A stretch of DNA of 64,000 nucleotides, from positions 80,879 to 144,878 of the forward strand of contig CAMMTJ010000001.1 of NCBI GenBank assembly GCA_946499835.1. Direction: 5' to 3'. Under the pieces are notes generated by a model. That model did not search any database. It saw nothing but the letters and a program-made list of their open reading frames with translations, and was not told the origin of the DNA. This DNA comes from an uncultured Bacillota bacterium (GTDB lineage Bacteria; Bacillota; Clostridia; Christensenellales; UBA1242). Position numbers and translations under genes: made by a program. Numbering within the stretch: the first letter of the stretch is position 1; the number at the start of each line of letters is the position of its first letter. Shown piece by piece: positions 1 through 9,197 of this stretch.

Positions 1-2030
1 AAAGAAAAAGTAAATTCATGCCAACCCGAAGATAGTGATGCCCATGATTTGGATGTGGTCACATATTTGTAACCAACTCCGCTGTCATACACAGGAACCT
101 TAATGTTGCCGTTACTGTCAGTTTCAAAATTCCATCCACCACCTTCTGTGCAAGAGATAAGGTGCATGTCTCTTGAAGAATACAAAGACCAATTGTCCAT
201 ATATGCAATGATTGAGACTGTGATTTTGTCAGTATGCATTTGCTCTCTTCCAATGGCAATATAATCGTCAACACCATCGAAAGATTGTTCTTCCCAAAGA
301 TATTGTGTTTCTGTCACGGTTGCGTCACCACTTGTCACCTGCCAACCTTTGAAGGTATAGCCCGTTCTTGTAGGAGTTGCAAGATTGATCATGTCTCGGT
401 ATGTTACCGTTTGAGTTGTGGTTGAAGAGCTTCCGTTTAACGTCCCACCATTTGGATTGACAGTGACGGTGTAATCTTCTCTTGTCATGCGGATGTTGAT
501 GACTGCATCCAAAGCCCCTCTTCCAGCTGGAGGGCGAGAGTAGTCGGCCTCATATGTATAAGTTCCATCCCCATTGTCAGTCAAAGTGCCATATGTTGCT
601 GAAATAGAATCCATGAGATACCCTTCTGCCGGTCTAATATTTGAAATTGTCCAACTTTCATAAACATACAATCCCTTAAAGGCTTGGTCGGAGCCTGTGT
701 AACTTTTTCCATTGTAAGTTTGTGTCATTGTTCCACTGCGATAATCTTGTGCATTTTCATGTGACCAAATATTGATATCAATCTCATAAAGACTGTTCAC
801 AAGATAAGGGAATCCTTCATTTGCTCTGCCATCAACACCCCAAATAGAAAAATCCCATTGATAAGACATATCAGCGTTTTCCCAATTTGAAGTGTCTTCA
901 AAAAATTCAAGTGTCTTGAAAGTGTTGATATTTAGAGATGCCCTATATTCAGCCTGTCCAGAAACATCTACACCTTCAATTCCACCAGTTGAAGAAGAAC
1001 AACTTCCACCATAATAATTATTTGTAGATTCCATTGAAGAATCTCCAATAATGCCACCCTTTGTTGTATTCAAAACTCGTGCAACTTCACCTGTATTATA
1101 ACAAAAACTTGCCCCACCATAACCACAAATGCCACCTAACTTTTGTGTCACAGTTATTCCATCATCGCCTGTATATAATTGTCCATTTATTGTGCCAGTA
1201 TTAAAACAACTTCGTATATCAGCAAGTTCAGCAGATCCACAAATTCCGCCAACATTTTCATATACTCCTTTGACCGTTCCTGTATTAAAACAATTATATG
1301 CTGGAGCAATAGTTTCGCTGCCTATAATTCCCCCAACATTTCTATAGCCTGAAACATTGCCTTTGTTATAGCAATTTTGAACTATTGCAGAAGTCCCAAT
1401 CCCAACTATTGCTCCAACATTTTCATAACCTTGAACAAAGGAATTTACTATGCCCAAATTTTCGACTGTGGCAACATGACCGGACAACAAATTTCCGCCA
1501 AGTACTCCAAATAAACCTGAGTCAGAATACTCCGCCGTATCTCCAGATGGTGTGAATAGACCTGAAATTGTGTAACCATTGCCGTCATAATGTCCTGAAA
1601 AATATACTGCTGGACTGCTTGTTCCAATAGGATCCCAATAATATGCTGACAGGTCAATGTGATTTGTCTGTCTAAAATATACATCGTCATAATAATACAT
1701 ACCTCTTTCTGCTGGTGCACTCTCTGAATTCACCATGTATGCCAGATATGCAAGTTGCTCAGCATTTGAGATGAGATAAGGATCACTTTCTGTCCCAGAA
1801 CCGCCACCAAAGGATGTGCCACGGCGTCCTGAATCTGTCCATGATCCAGAAGTGCTAACTGTTGGGCTTGTCGCAAAAGTTGTTCCGGTGTCACTATCTG
1901 GTTTGAGAGAAGGGTGTGAATTGTCTTTTTCACCAAAAAGTAGAATAGAGCCAACGCAAGCAAAACATACAAAAAAGGCTGAAAAAAGCACAGCCATAAT
2001 TTTGTATTTTTTCTTCCTTTGTTCTTCCAC
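1..2030 (-). CDS. Secreted cell-surface protein, partial (C-terminus runs off the window start). Contains a signal peptide, GLUG-motif repeats, a Listeria-Bacteroides-type repeat and a LamG/ConA-like lectin domain
   Basis: Hand translation of the minus strand is open from 2030 to base 1. With no stop in the window it is absent from the supplied ORF track. GTG at 2030 has AGGAGG (2039-2044) 8 nt upstream; an alternative ATG is at 1997. N-terminus MEEQRKKKYKIMAVLFSAFFVCFACVGSILLF looks like a signal peptide. Repeated N.G.V.G..NVGGI.G units occur (VGAIVG, VGGIIG, VGGICG, LGGICG, KGGIIG). Also YTVTVNPNGG...TRTGYTFKGW and an FDGVDDYI LamG-like motif. Confidence 0.8.
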   Translation of the reverse strand, partial: MEEQRKKKYKIMAVLFSAFFVCFACVGSILLFGEKDNSHPSLKPDSDTGTTFATSPTVSTSGSWTDSGRRGTSFGGGSGTESDPYLISNAEQLAYLAYMVNSESAPAERGMYYYDDVYFRQTNHIDLSAYYWDPIGTSSPAVYFSGHYDGNGYTISGLFTPSGDTAEYSDSGLFGVLGGNLLSGHVATVENLGIVNSFVQGYENVGAIVGIGTSAIVQNCYNKGNVSGYRNVGGIIGSETIAPAYNCFNTGTVKGVYENVGGICGSAELADIRSCFNTGTINGQLYTGDDGITVTQKLGGICGYGGASFCYNTGEVARVLNTTKGGIIGDSSMESTNNYYGGSCSSSTGGIEGVDVSGQAEYRASLNINTFKTLEFFEDTSNWENADMSYQWDFSIWGVDGRANEGFPYLVNSLYEIDINIWSHENAQDYRSGTMTQTYNGKSYTGSDQAFKGLYVYESWTISNIRPAEGYLMDSISATYGTLTDNGDGTYTYEADYSRPPAGRGALDAVINIRMTREDYTVTVNPNGGTLNGSSSTTTQTVTYRDMINLATPTRTGYTFKGWQVTSGDATVTETQYLWEEQSFDGVDDYIAIGREQMHTDKITVSIIAYMDNWSLYSSRDMHLISCTEGGGWNFETDSNGNIKVPVYDSGVGYKYVTTSKSWASLSSGWHEFTFS

Positions 2031-2279
2031 CTTTCGCCCCTCCTTCCTTTTATTATGTTTCAGTAGGCAGTAAAATAGTCAATATTCTTTTTGTAAAGTT
2101 TAGCACCCCCCTCCGCAAAAAATCAAGCAAATTTAATATATTGTCAATCACTTTTTCGCTTTATTTTCCATGACAACGAGACTGCTTTGTCGATAAAAGA
2201 CGATTGCGACATTCTTCGACAAAATTATTGTATCACAAAAGACTTCTTTCTATCAAACAAATCGTCAAAAATATGCAAC

Positions 2280-2306
2280 AAAAAAAAGGCTTATATTTCA
2301 AGCCTT
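2280..2306 (-). terminator. Rho-independent terminator after dnaJ
   Basis: On the minus strand, AAGGCTT-GAAATAT-AAGCCTT hairpin followed by a T-run, directly after the dnaJ stop. Confidence 0.6.
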
Positions 2307-3431
2307 TTATTTTGAATTTTTCAAGAAATTTGAATATTTTGGATAAGAATTTTCACCAAGTGCTGATGAAATTTCTTCAAGTTTTGCTTTTGTTTGTTTA
2401 TCCAGTGTTCTTGGCGCTTCCGCTTTGATCGTGACAAGCATGTCACCATAACTTTCACGATTAAGCACTTTGACGCCTCTGCCTTTAAGACGCATAACCG
2501 TTCCACTTGCAGTAAGTTCTGGAATTGTGAGCAAATATTTGCCTTTAAGAGTTGGAATTTCCACCTTTCCACCAAGGATGGTTGTTGTGAAAGGAAGATA
2601 GAGATCAAGCAGTATGTCTGTGCCACGCCTTACAAGCACCTTGTGAGGTTTGACAGAAATACGCACATTAAGATCGCCGTTGACACCTTCTCTCGTTGGA
2701 GCATTTCCCTCACCCCTCATGCGAAGAGTTTGTCCATCATCAATTCCAGCAGGCACTTTGACCTTGACTGTCTTTGTGCCTCTGTTGTAACCCTTTCCTC
2801 CACAATCAGGACATTTTTCCTTGATGATTTTTCCAGTTGCGTTACATTTTGGACAACCTGCTTCACGAATAGTTGTGCCAAACATGGTGTTTTGTTGAAA
2901 TCTGACCCTTCCTGTTCCACGACATTCAGGACAGGTGGTAAACTCTTTCCCATTTTTTGCACCTGTGCCTTTGCAAGATGAACAACTTTCTATCTTTGAA
3001 AGAGTTATGTTTTTCTCACAACCAAAACATGCTTCTTCAAAAGTCAAAGTCATATCGACAATGATATCTTGTCCACGTTCTTGCACTCTGGCAGATGTTC
3101 CACCGCCACCAAAAGCAGAAAAAATGTCAGAAAAAATATCAGAAAAGCCTCCGCCACCGCCAAAGAAATCACCAAAACCGCCACCAGCACTGCTTCCGCC
3201 ACCAAAAGGATTCCCTTCGGCAGAGCCAAACTGGTCATAGTTTGCTCTCTTTTTTGGATCGCCAAGCACCTCATAGGCTTCGTTGATTTCCTTAAACTTG
3301 CTTGCGGCCTCTTCTGTTTTGTTAAGATCTGGATGATATTTTTTTGCAAGCCTTCGGTATGCCGATTTTATCTCGTCCTCGCTTGCGCTCTTATCAACTC
3401 CCAAAATTTTATAATAATCTTTGTTTGCCAT
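2307..3431 (-). CDS. dnaJ: Molecular chaperone DnaJ
   Basis: J-domain HPD (KKYHPDLN), G/F-rich linker, four CxxCxGxG repeats ([32 protein letters not shown]). Follows dnaK. Confidence 0.97.
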   Translation of the reverse strand: MANKDYYKILGVDKSASEDEIKSAYRRLAKKYHPDLNKTEEAASKFKEINEAYEVLGDPKKRANYDQFGSAEGNPFGGGSSAGGGFGDFFGGGGGFSDIFSDIFSAFGGGGTSARVQERGQDIIVDMTLTFEEACFGCEKNITLSKIESCSSCKGTGAKNGKEFTTCPECRGTGRVRFQQNTMFGTTIREAGCPKCNATGKIIKEKCPDCGGKGYNRGTKTVKVKVPAGIDDGQTLRMRGEGNAPTREGVNGDLNVRISVKPHKVLVRRGTDILLDLYLPFTTTILGGKVEIPTLKGKYLLTIPELTASGTVMRLKGRGVKVLNRESYGDMLVTIKAEAPRTLDKQTKAKLEEISSALGENSYPKYSNFLKNSK

Positions 3432-3504
3432 AACTTTCCTTTTTATTTCTCAAAAGAGTATGAAGGGGCTGTTTTTAAGCCCCTACACAACTTCTGTAAA
3501 ATCA

Positions 3505-5334
3505 TTATTCAACATCAACTACTGGATCTTCCCCATTGTTTCCGTCATTTCCGTTTGGAGCAGAGCCGTCACCATTTGGAGTTGTTCCATTTGGGTTTTG
3601 AGATTGATACATCTTGCTTACAATGCCATTTGATGCATTTGTGAGTTCATCAATCGCCTTCTTGATCACTTCAATGTCTTCGCTCTCAAAATCTTTCTTT
3701 GCTTTTTCGATTGCTTCTTGAAGATTTTTCTTGTCTTCTTCGCTTATCTTGTCGCCATTGTCTTTGAGCATTTTTTCAAGCCCATAAACAAGGTTGTCTG
3801 CTTGATTTTTTGTTTCAACAAGTTCTTTTCTCTTCTTGTCTTCCTCAGCGTGAGCCTCAGCCTCTTTGATTGCTCTTTCGATATCTTCTTCTTTAAGGTT
3901 TGAAGAAGCAGTGATTGTGATGTTTTGTTCTTTGTTTGTGCCAAGGTCTTTTGCAGAAACTTTTACAATACCGTTTGCATCAATATCAAATGTTACTTCG
4001 ATTTGAGGAACGCCTCTTGGTGCAGGTGGAATATCTGTAAGTTGGAATCTTCCAAGAGTCTTGTTTTGAGCAGCAAATTCACGTTCACCTTGAAGAACAT
4101 GGATATCAACACCTGGTTGATTGTCAACTGCGGTTGAGAAGATTTGTGATTTTCTTGTAGGAATTGTTGTGTTTCTTTCAATAAGTTTTGTAAATACTCC
4201 GCCGAGTGTCTCAATACCAAGAGAAAGTGGAGTTACATCAAGAAGAAGCACGTCTTTTACTTCTCCGCCAAGAACGCCCGCTTGAATTGCGGCACCGATA
4301 GCAACACATTCATCTGGGTTAATGCCTTTGTATGGCTCTTTGCCTGTGAATGATTTAACTGCTTCTTGAACGGCAGGAATACGAGTTGAACCACCAACAA
4401 GAACGACTTTGTCAATTTGCTCTTTGTCAAGTTTAGCGTCAGCAAGTGCTCTTACTGTGCAATCGATTGTTTCCTTAACAAGATCTTCTGTGATTTGGTC
4501 AAATTTTGCACGAGTAAGTTCATATTCCATATGTTTTGGGCCAGTTGCATCAGCAGAAATGAAAGGAAGTGAAATTGTTGTTTTTGGTGTTGCTGAAAGG
4601 TCAATTTTTGCCTTTTCTGCGGCTTCTTTGAGTCTTTGCATTGCAAGTTTGTCTTGTGTAAGGTCAATGTTGTTTGTTGCCTTAAATTCTTCAACCAAGA
4701 GGTCAATGATACGATTGTCGAAGTCATCGCCACCAAGACGAGTGTTACCATTTGTTGAAAGAACTTCAAATACGCCATCACCAATTTCAAGGATAGAAAC
4801 GTCGAATGTTCCACCACCAAGGTCATAAACCAAAATCTTTTGGTTTGCATTTTCACCTTTGTCAAGTCCATAAGCAAGTGCAGCAGCGGTAGGCTCATTG
4901 ATAATTCTGAGCACTTCAAGACCAGCGATTTTGCCGGCATCTTTTGTTGCTTGACGTTGTGAGTCATTGAAGTATGCAGGAACTGTGATAACGGCTTGTG
5001 TTACCGCTCCGCCAAGGTAACTTTCAGCATCTGCTTTAAGTTTTGAAAGGATCATTGCAGAAATTTCTTGTGGAGTGTATTCCTTTCCGTTGAGTTTAAC
5101 CTTGTAGTTTGTTCCCATCTCTCTTTTGATAGATTGAACAGTGTTGTCAGCATTGACAATGGCTTGACGTTTTGCCACTTTGCCGACAAGTCTTTCGCCT
5201 TCCTTTGTGTAGGCTACAACAGAAGGAGTTGTTCTGTCCCCTTCTGCATTGGCAATAACGGTTGGTTTTCCGCCTTCCATAACTGCCACACATGAATTTG
5301 TTGTTCCTAAGTCAATTCCAATAATTTTTCCCAT
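3505..5334 (-). CDS. dnaK: Molecular chaperone DnaK (Hsp70)
   Basis: GIDLGTTNS and DLGGGTFD motifs, 609 aa, SD GGAGG upstream, grpE-dnaK-dnaJ synteny. Confidence 0.98.
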   Translation of the reverse strand: MGKIIGIDLGTTNSCVAVMEGGKPTVIANAEGDRTTPSVVAYTKEGERLVGKVAKRQAIVNADNTVQSIKREMGTNYKVKLNGKEYTPQEISAMILSKLKADAESYLGGAVTQAVITVPAYFNDSQRQATKDAGKIAGLEVLRIINEPTAAALAYGLDKGENANQKILVYDLGGGTFDVSILEIGDGVFEVLSTNGNTRLGGDDFDNRIIDLLVEEFKATNNIDLTQDKLAMQRLKEAAEKAKIDLSATPKTTISLPFISADATGPKHMEYELTRAKFDQITEDLVKETIDCTVRALADAKLDKEQIDKVVLVGGSTRIPAVQEAVKSFTGKEPYKGINPDECVAIGAAIQAGVLGGEVKDVLLLDVTPLSLGIETLGGVFTKLIERNTTIPTRKSQIFSTAVDNQPGVDIHVLQGEREFAAQNKTLGRFQLTDIPPAPRGVPQIEVTFDIDANGIVKVSAKDLGTNKEQNITITASSNLKEEDIERAIKEAEAHAEEDKKRKELVETKNQADNLVYGLEKMLKDNGDKISEEDKKNLQEAIEKAKKDFESEDIEVIKKAIDELTNASNGIVSKMYQSQNPNGTTPNGDGSAPNGNDGNNGEDPVVDVE

Positions 5335-5338
5335 AATT

Positions 5339-6046
5339 TTAATCCTCCTTTTTATTGACTATGACTTTTGCGTAACGAATAACTTTACCGCCAAATGTGT
5401 ATCCTGCCTGATATTCATCTAGGATAACATCATTTTCTTTTTCTTCATCTCTCATAACGGCGATAACATTATGAAGATGTGGGTTGTAAATTTGTCCGAT
5501 TGACTCAATTTTTTCAACGCCGAGGCTTTCAAGTGCTTGAACAATTTTTTCTTCAATCATCTCAACGCCTTCCAAGATTTTTTCATCACTTATCATCTTT
5601 TTCGCCTCTTTGAAGGTGTCAAGACATGGCAAGAACACTTCTATCACTGACGCCTGACCTGCCACTCTTGCATTTTTGACATCTTCCCCAGCATGTCTGC
5701 GAAAGTTTTCAAAGTCGGCTTGAATTTGTTTTGCAAGAAGCAGATATTGTTCGCTCTTATCCTCAGTCTTTTTGATCTCTTCTTCATGCTCATCACAACC
5801 GCAACATTCAAACATCTCTTCCTTTTCATCATGGCAATGATCGCATTCGCATTCATCATCGCAGTGACAGTCTTCACAATCACATTCATGATCTTCGCCA
5901 TGGCAAGAGCAATGTCCTTCTTTGCAATGACAATCATCCTTGCATTTGTCATGTTCATCACAATGGCAATCTTTTTCGCAATGGCATTCGTCATCACAAT
6001 CATCGCAGTGGCAATGTTTTTTGAATTTCTCTTCTTCCTTTGACAA
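5339..6046 (-). CDS. grpE: Nucleotide exchange factor GrpE with an atypical Cys/His-rich N-terminal extension
   Basis: The C-terminal ~140 aa are GrpE-like ([12 protein letters not shown]..., [12 protein letters not shown]) and the gene sits between hrcA and dnaK. TTG start at 6046 with AAGGAGA 8 nt upstream, inside the hrcA 3' end. Confidence 0.9.
   Translation of the reverse strand: MSKEEEKFKKHCHCDDCDDECHCEKDCHCDEHDKCKDDCHCKEGHCSCHGEDHECDCEDCHCDDECECDHCHDEKEEMFECCGCDEHEEEIKKTEDKSEQYLLLAKQIQADFENFRRHAGEDVKNARVAGQASVIEVFLPCLDTFKEAKKMISDEKILEGVEMIEEKIVQALESLGVEKIESIGQIYNPHLHNVIAVMRDEEKENDVILDEYQAGYTFGGKVIRYAKVIVNKKED
5786..6016 (-). other. Low-complexity coding segment: CxC/HCxC-repeat (metallothionein-like) region of GrpE
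   Basis: GrpE residues 11-87 contain 22 Cys and 13 His; the rest is almost all D/E/K. The only hydrophobic residues in the stretch are M78 and F79. Units: HCHC, CHC, CSC, CDC, CEC, CCGC. Confidence 0.85.
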
Positions 6047-6050
6047 TGGC

Positions 6051-7049
6051 CTAATCTCCTTTTATATTTTTCAGTCCATCAACCACAACTTTAAGCGCAG
6101 AGGCTATGCCTGCATAGTCCATTCGCTGTGGACCAATCACACCAATGGAAGCAAGTTGTTTTCCTTGCACACAAATTGGTGCTCTCACCACAGAAACCTG
6201 TTCTCCCTCACCGACATCAACCTCAATGTTGCCTTGTTTGTTTTCAATCTTCAAAGCATCTTGAAGTTTTTCCTCGTCGTCAAGAATTGACAGAACCTTC
6301 TTCGCCTCTTCAATGTTGCCGTTGTTTTCAAGCAGTTTGGCACTGCCCTCACGGCGCACATCAAGCAGTTTTTGGTGATTGATTTTTTTAAGACCACCAA
6401 CAAGGGTGTCAACAATTTTTTGGAAGGCTTTGATTTCACCATGCATACCGCTTTTGAATTGGTCAATGTTTTCAATCATAAAGCCAATTGTTTCGCCCTT
6501 GAAATTTTTGGTGAGATAGTTTGACGCATCTTGGCAGTCGCTCGCATCGGCATGCAAGTCAATGGTGTCTGTGATGTAACCTGCGCTCGTGCCAATAAGC
6601 ACCATGATTTTCTCTTCCAAAAGAGGAATGATTTTGATATCTTGCAAGATAAGATCCTCAATGCTGTCAAGCATAACAACCGTTGGATAGTTTGTTGCTT
6701 TGCTGACAATTTTTGCAATGCCAGAAATGATATCAGTCAAACTCTTTGTCTTTGAAGATATCAAATCTTTGACCTCATCAAGTTCGCTATCCGTTGCCTC
6801 CACCCCTTGGAGCAGATTTTCAACATAATAACGATAACCTTGTGGCGTTGGCACCCTTCCACCAGAAGTGTGAAGTTGCCTTAGATAGCCCATTGCTTCC
6901 AAAGTGTTAAGTTCACTTCGCAAAGTGGCAGTTGAACACCCAAGGTCAGTGACATCTTTTATGCCACCACTTGTGATGGGTGCACAATCTTTGATATACT
7001 CTTCCACAGCCATGCAAAGTATCTTTTTTCTTCTTTCAGAAAGTTGCAT
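6051..7049 (-). CDS. hrcA: Heat-inducible transcription repressor HrcA
   Basis: Winged-helix N-terminus (MQLSERRKKILCMAVEEYI...) and HrcA C-domain, first gene of the hrcA-grpE-dnaK-dnaJ operon. Start moved to ATG 7049 (SD GGTGAG); the track start at 7079 would overlap the CIRCE element. Confidence 0.93.
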   Translation of the reverse strand: MQLSERRKKILCMAVEEYIKDCAPITSGGIKDVTDLGCSTATLRSELNTLEAMGYLRQLHTSGGRVPTPQGYRYYVENLLQGVEATDSELDEVKDLISSKTKSLTDIISGIAKIVSKATNYPTVVMLDSIEDLILQDIKIIPLLEEKIMVLIGTSAGYITDTIDLHADASDCQDASNYLTKNFKGETIGFMIENIDQFKSGMHGEIKAFQKIVDTLVGGLKKINHQKLLDVRREGSAKLLENNGNIEEAKKVLSILDDEEKLQDALKIENKQGNIEVDVGEGEQVSVVRAPICVQGKQLASIGVIGPQRMDYAGIASALKVVVDGLKNIKGD

Positions 7050-7072
7050 TTTCTCACCTTTTTTCGACTTTG

Positions 7073-7099
7073 TTGGCACTCTTTTGTTTTAAGTGCTAG
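7073..7099 (-). promoter_or_regulatory. CIRCE operator (HrcA binding site)
   Basis: The minus strand reads CTAGCACTT-N9-GAGTGCCAA against consensus TTAGCACTC-N9-GAGTGCTAA (15/18). It lies between the promoter and the hrcA start. Confidence 0.8.
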
Positions 7100-7103
7100 C
7101 ACT

Positions 7104-7132
7104 ATTATATGCAGTTTTGAAAAAATAGTCAA
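7104..7132 (-). promoter_or_regulatory. SigA-type promoter of the hrcA operon
   Basis: Minus strand TTGACT (7132-7127), N17, TATAAT (7109-7104), immediately upstream of CIRCE. Confidence 0.6.
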
Positions 7133-7237
7133 CATTTTTTGCCACTTTTTCAAATTTTTTTTGAAATTTTTTGTTGAAAAGCCAACTTTTATATATTGTT
7201 ATTTTTATATTGAAATATATTTAATAAAAAAAGACGC

Positions 7238-8425
7238 CTATTTTGCGTCTCTTCTCAAAATATCTCCTGCTTTCAAGTCATATGGGCAATTTATTGTGAC
7301 AATGTCTTGAACACGTTTGCAGTCATCAATTTCATTTCCTTTGCCGTCAACAATTTTTTCAATCTTAATTTTCTTTAAGAAAGCATCATTTGGCGATAAG
7401 ATTTCAAGCACGTCACCCTTTTTGAAGCGGTTTCTCATCTCAATTTTGACTGTGTCATCGTGACTGTCTTCCACCACTTTTGCAACAAACTCAGCCGTCT
7501 GGACTGGCATAGAGTCTTCAAGATATTCTTTGTCGTCACTGCCGAAATAAAAGCCTGTTGTATAGCGCCTATGACTGGTCTTTTCAAGTTCTTCTTGCAA
7601 AAGTGACATCTCATTTTTCTTGTCTAATGCTCTGCGATAGGCATTGACAACTGAGGCAACATAATAGTCCGACTTCATTCTTCCTTCTATTTTGAGTGAT
7701 ACCACACCTGCTTTTTCAAGTTCTTGCAAATGTTCTATCATGCAAAGGTCTTTGGAGTTGAGGATATATGTCCCTCGCTCGTCTTCCTCTATTGGAAGTT
7801 CGTCCTTCCTGCCAACCTCACGAATGGTATATTGCCATCTGCACGCTTGCACACATGCTCCTCTGTTTGAGTCACGCCCTGTCAAATAGTTTGAGAGCAG
7901 ACATCTTCCAGAATATGAAATGCACATTGCACCATGCACAAAGGCTTCAATTTCCACATTTTCTGGCAAATTTTTGCGTAACAAGGCAATTTCATCAACA
8001 GACATTTCTCTTGCAAGCACGATGCGTGTAACCCCCATATCTGCGAAAAACTTGGCAGAAAATGAATTGTTGACATTCGCCTGTGTTGACACGTGAACAT
8101 TAAGTGCTGGAAAGTTTTTGCGAAGGTAATATATCACTCCAACATCTGAAACTATCACTCCATCAACTTTTGCATCAACAAGAAGTTGAAGATATGGATC
8201 AATATTTTGAAAATCGCTATCTTTTGCCACAATATTGAGCGTCACATAACCTTTTTTGCCATGAGCATGCAAAAATTCCATTGCCTTGACAATTTCTTCA
8301 TCAGAAAAGTTGCCAGCAAAGGCACGAAGTCCAAATTGTTTTCCAGCAAAATATACCGCATCTGCTCCAAAATGAACAGCGGTAACAAGTTTGTCAAAAT
8401 TTCCTGCTGGTGCAAGAAGTTCCAT
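7238..8425 (-). CDS. Peptidase U32 family protein
   Basis: ELLAPAGN N-terminus and U32 signature EAFVHGAMCISYSGRC. Start set at ATG 8425 (AAGGAGA 9 nt upstream). Confidence 0.85.
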   Translation of the reverse strand: MELLAPAGNFDKLVTAVHFGADAVYFAGKQFGLRAFAGNFSDEEIVKAMEFLHAHGKKGYVTLNIVAKDSDFQNIDPYLQLLVDAKVDGVIVSDVGVIYYLRKNFPALNVHVSTQANVNNSFSAKFFADMGVTRIVLAREMSVDEIALLRKNLPENVEIEAFVHGAMCISYSGRCLLSNYLTGRDSNRGACVQACRWQYTIREVGRKDELPIEEDERGTYILNSKDLCMIEHLQELEKAGVVSLKIEGRMKSDYYVASVVNAYRRALDKKNEMSLLQEELEKTSHRRYTTGFYFGSDDKEYLEDSMPVQTAEFVAKVVEDSHDDTVKIEMRNRFKKGDVLEILSPNDAFLKKIKIEKIVDGKGNEIDDCKRVQDIVTINCPYDLKAGDILRRDAK

Positions 8426-8429
8426 AGAT

Positions 8430-9191
8430 TTATTTCTCCTTTTCACTATTTTCTGTTTCTGTGGTAAGAGTATTTTGTTTTTCCACTTTTGAAGAAGACT
8501 TGTTCCAGTTTATAAGTCCAAAAATGTTTGATATTGTGTAGATTATAAGCACAGCAAGCATTGGCATTGTTTCAAAGTTTGCACTCTGCCCTTCAACGAT
8601 AGGCAAAAGCCAAATAAGAAACATAAACACATTTGAAAACATAAAGCACACAAATGAAATAGGGCTTTTTCTCATAACAAGATAATTGGCCATCGTGGAA
8701 AAGAAACCACATATGCTGGCAAATAAGACGTAAGGGGTGTTAAAATAACGAAGAACAAAGAAAAATCCAATTCCAACTGCAAGAGAAACGCAAATCAAAA
8801 TTGTCCATTCTTTCCAGCCAATTTTGTGACTCTTGACAGTAAGCCCTTGTTCGCTTTTGCCACGAAACCAGTTGACGAGGGCAAGTATTAAAAGTGGCAA
8901 GACAATTGCAACATTGAGTATAAATTCGCCCCAGTTGTTGTAAAGAGCAGATTGAACGATATATAGGATACATTGAATAAGCCCAAAAATGATAGCAACT
9001 TTGAATTGTTCTGCCAAAAAACCTACATAAAGTATGGCAAAAATTGAAAAAATGATGGTCAAAGCCGAACTTTTTGCTATTATTGACAAAACAATCACTG
9101 CAACAAGTCCAATACTTATATAGGCAATTTCATACCACTTAAATCTTGCAAACATTTCTTGCAACTGCTTTGAAAAGTCAATCTTTTTCAT
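8430..9191 (-). CDS. Polytopic membrane protein, PnuC-like (nicotinamide riboside transporter family)
   Basis: About 7 predicted TM helices. W-containing loops (NWFRG, GLINWNK) and an MRK...N segment resemble PnuC; assignment is from motif memory only. Confidence 0.5.
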   Translation of the reverse strand: MKKIDFSKQLQEMFARFKWYEIAYISIGLVAVIVLSIIAKSSALTIIFSIFAILYVGFLAEQFKVAIIFGLIQCILYIVQSALYNNWGEFILNVAIVLPLLILALVNWFRGKSEQGLTVKSHKIGWKEWTILICVSLAVGIGFFFVLRYFNTPYVLFASICGFFSTMANYLVMRKSPISFVCFMFSNVFMFLIWLLPIVEGQSANFETMPMLAVLIIYTISNIFGLINWNKSSSKVEKQNTLTTETENSEKEK

Positions 9192-9197
9192 AATTCC

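Noticed and set aside
2321-5295. Many 60-195 aa ORFs antisense to, or in alternative frames of, dnaJ and dnaK (e.g. 2394-2981 +, 3069-3644 +, 4409-4828 +, 4452-4967 -).
   Set aside because: They lie wholly inside genes with unambiguous chaperone motifs. They have low-complexity or odd composition and no SD. These are shadow ORFs.
5644-6043. ORFs 5644-6003 (-) and 5693-6043 (+), open across the grpE 5' region.
   Set aside because: The Cys/His/Asp codon repeats (TGC/CAT/GAT and similar) lack stops in several frames. Only the grpE frame joins to a recognisable protein and has an SD.
7050-7079. Longer hrcA start (MPTKSKKGEK…) given by the track.
   Set aside because: It has no SD and starts inside the CIRCE operator. 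ATG 7049 has GGTGAG at correct spacing and yields the usual HrcA N-terminus.
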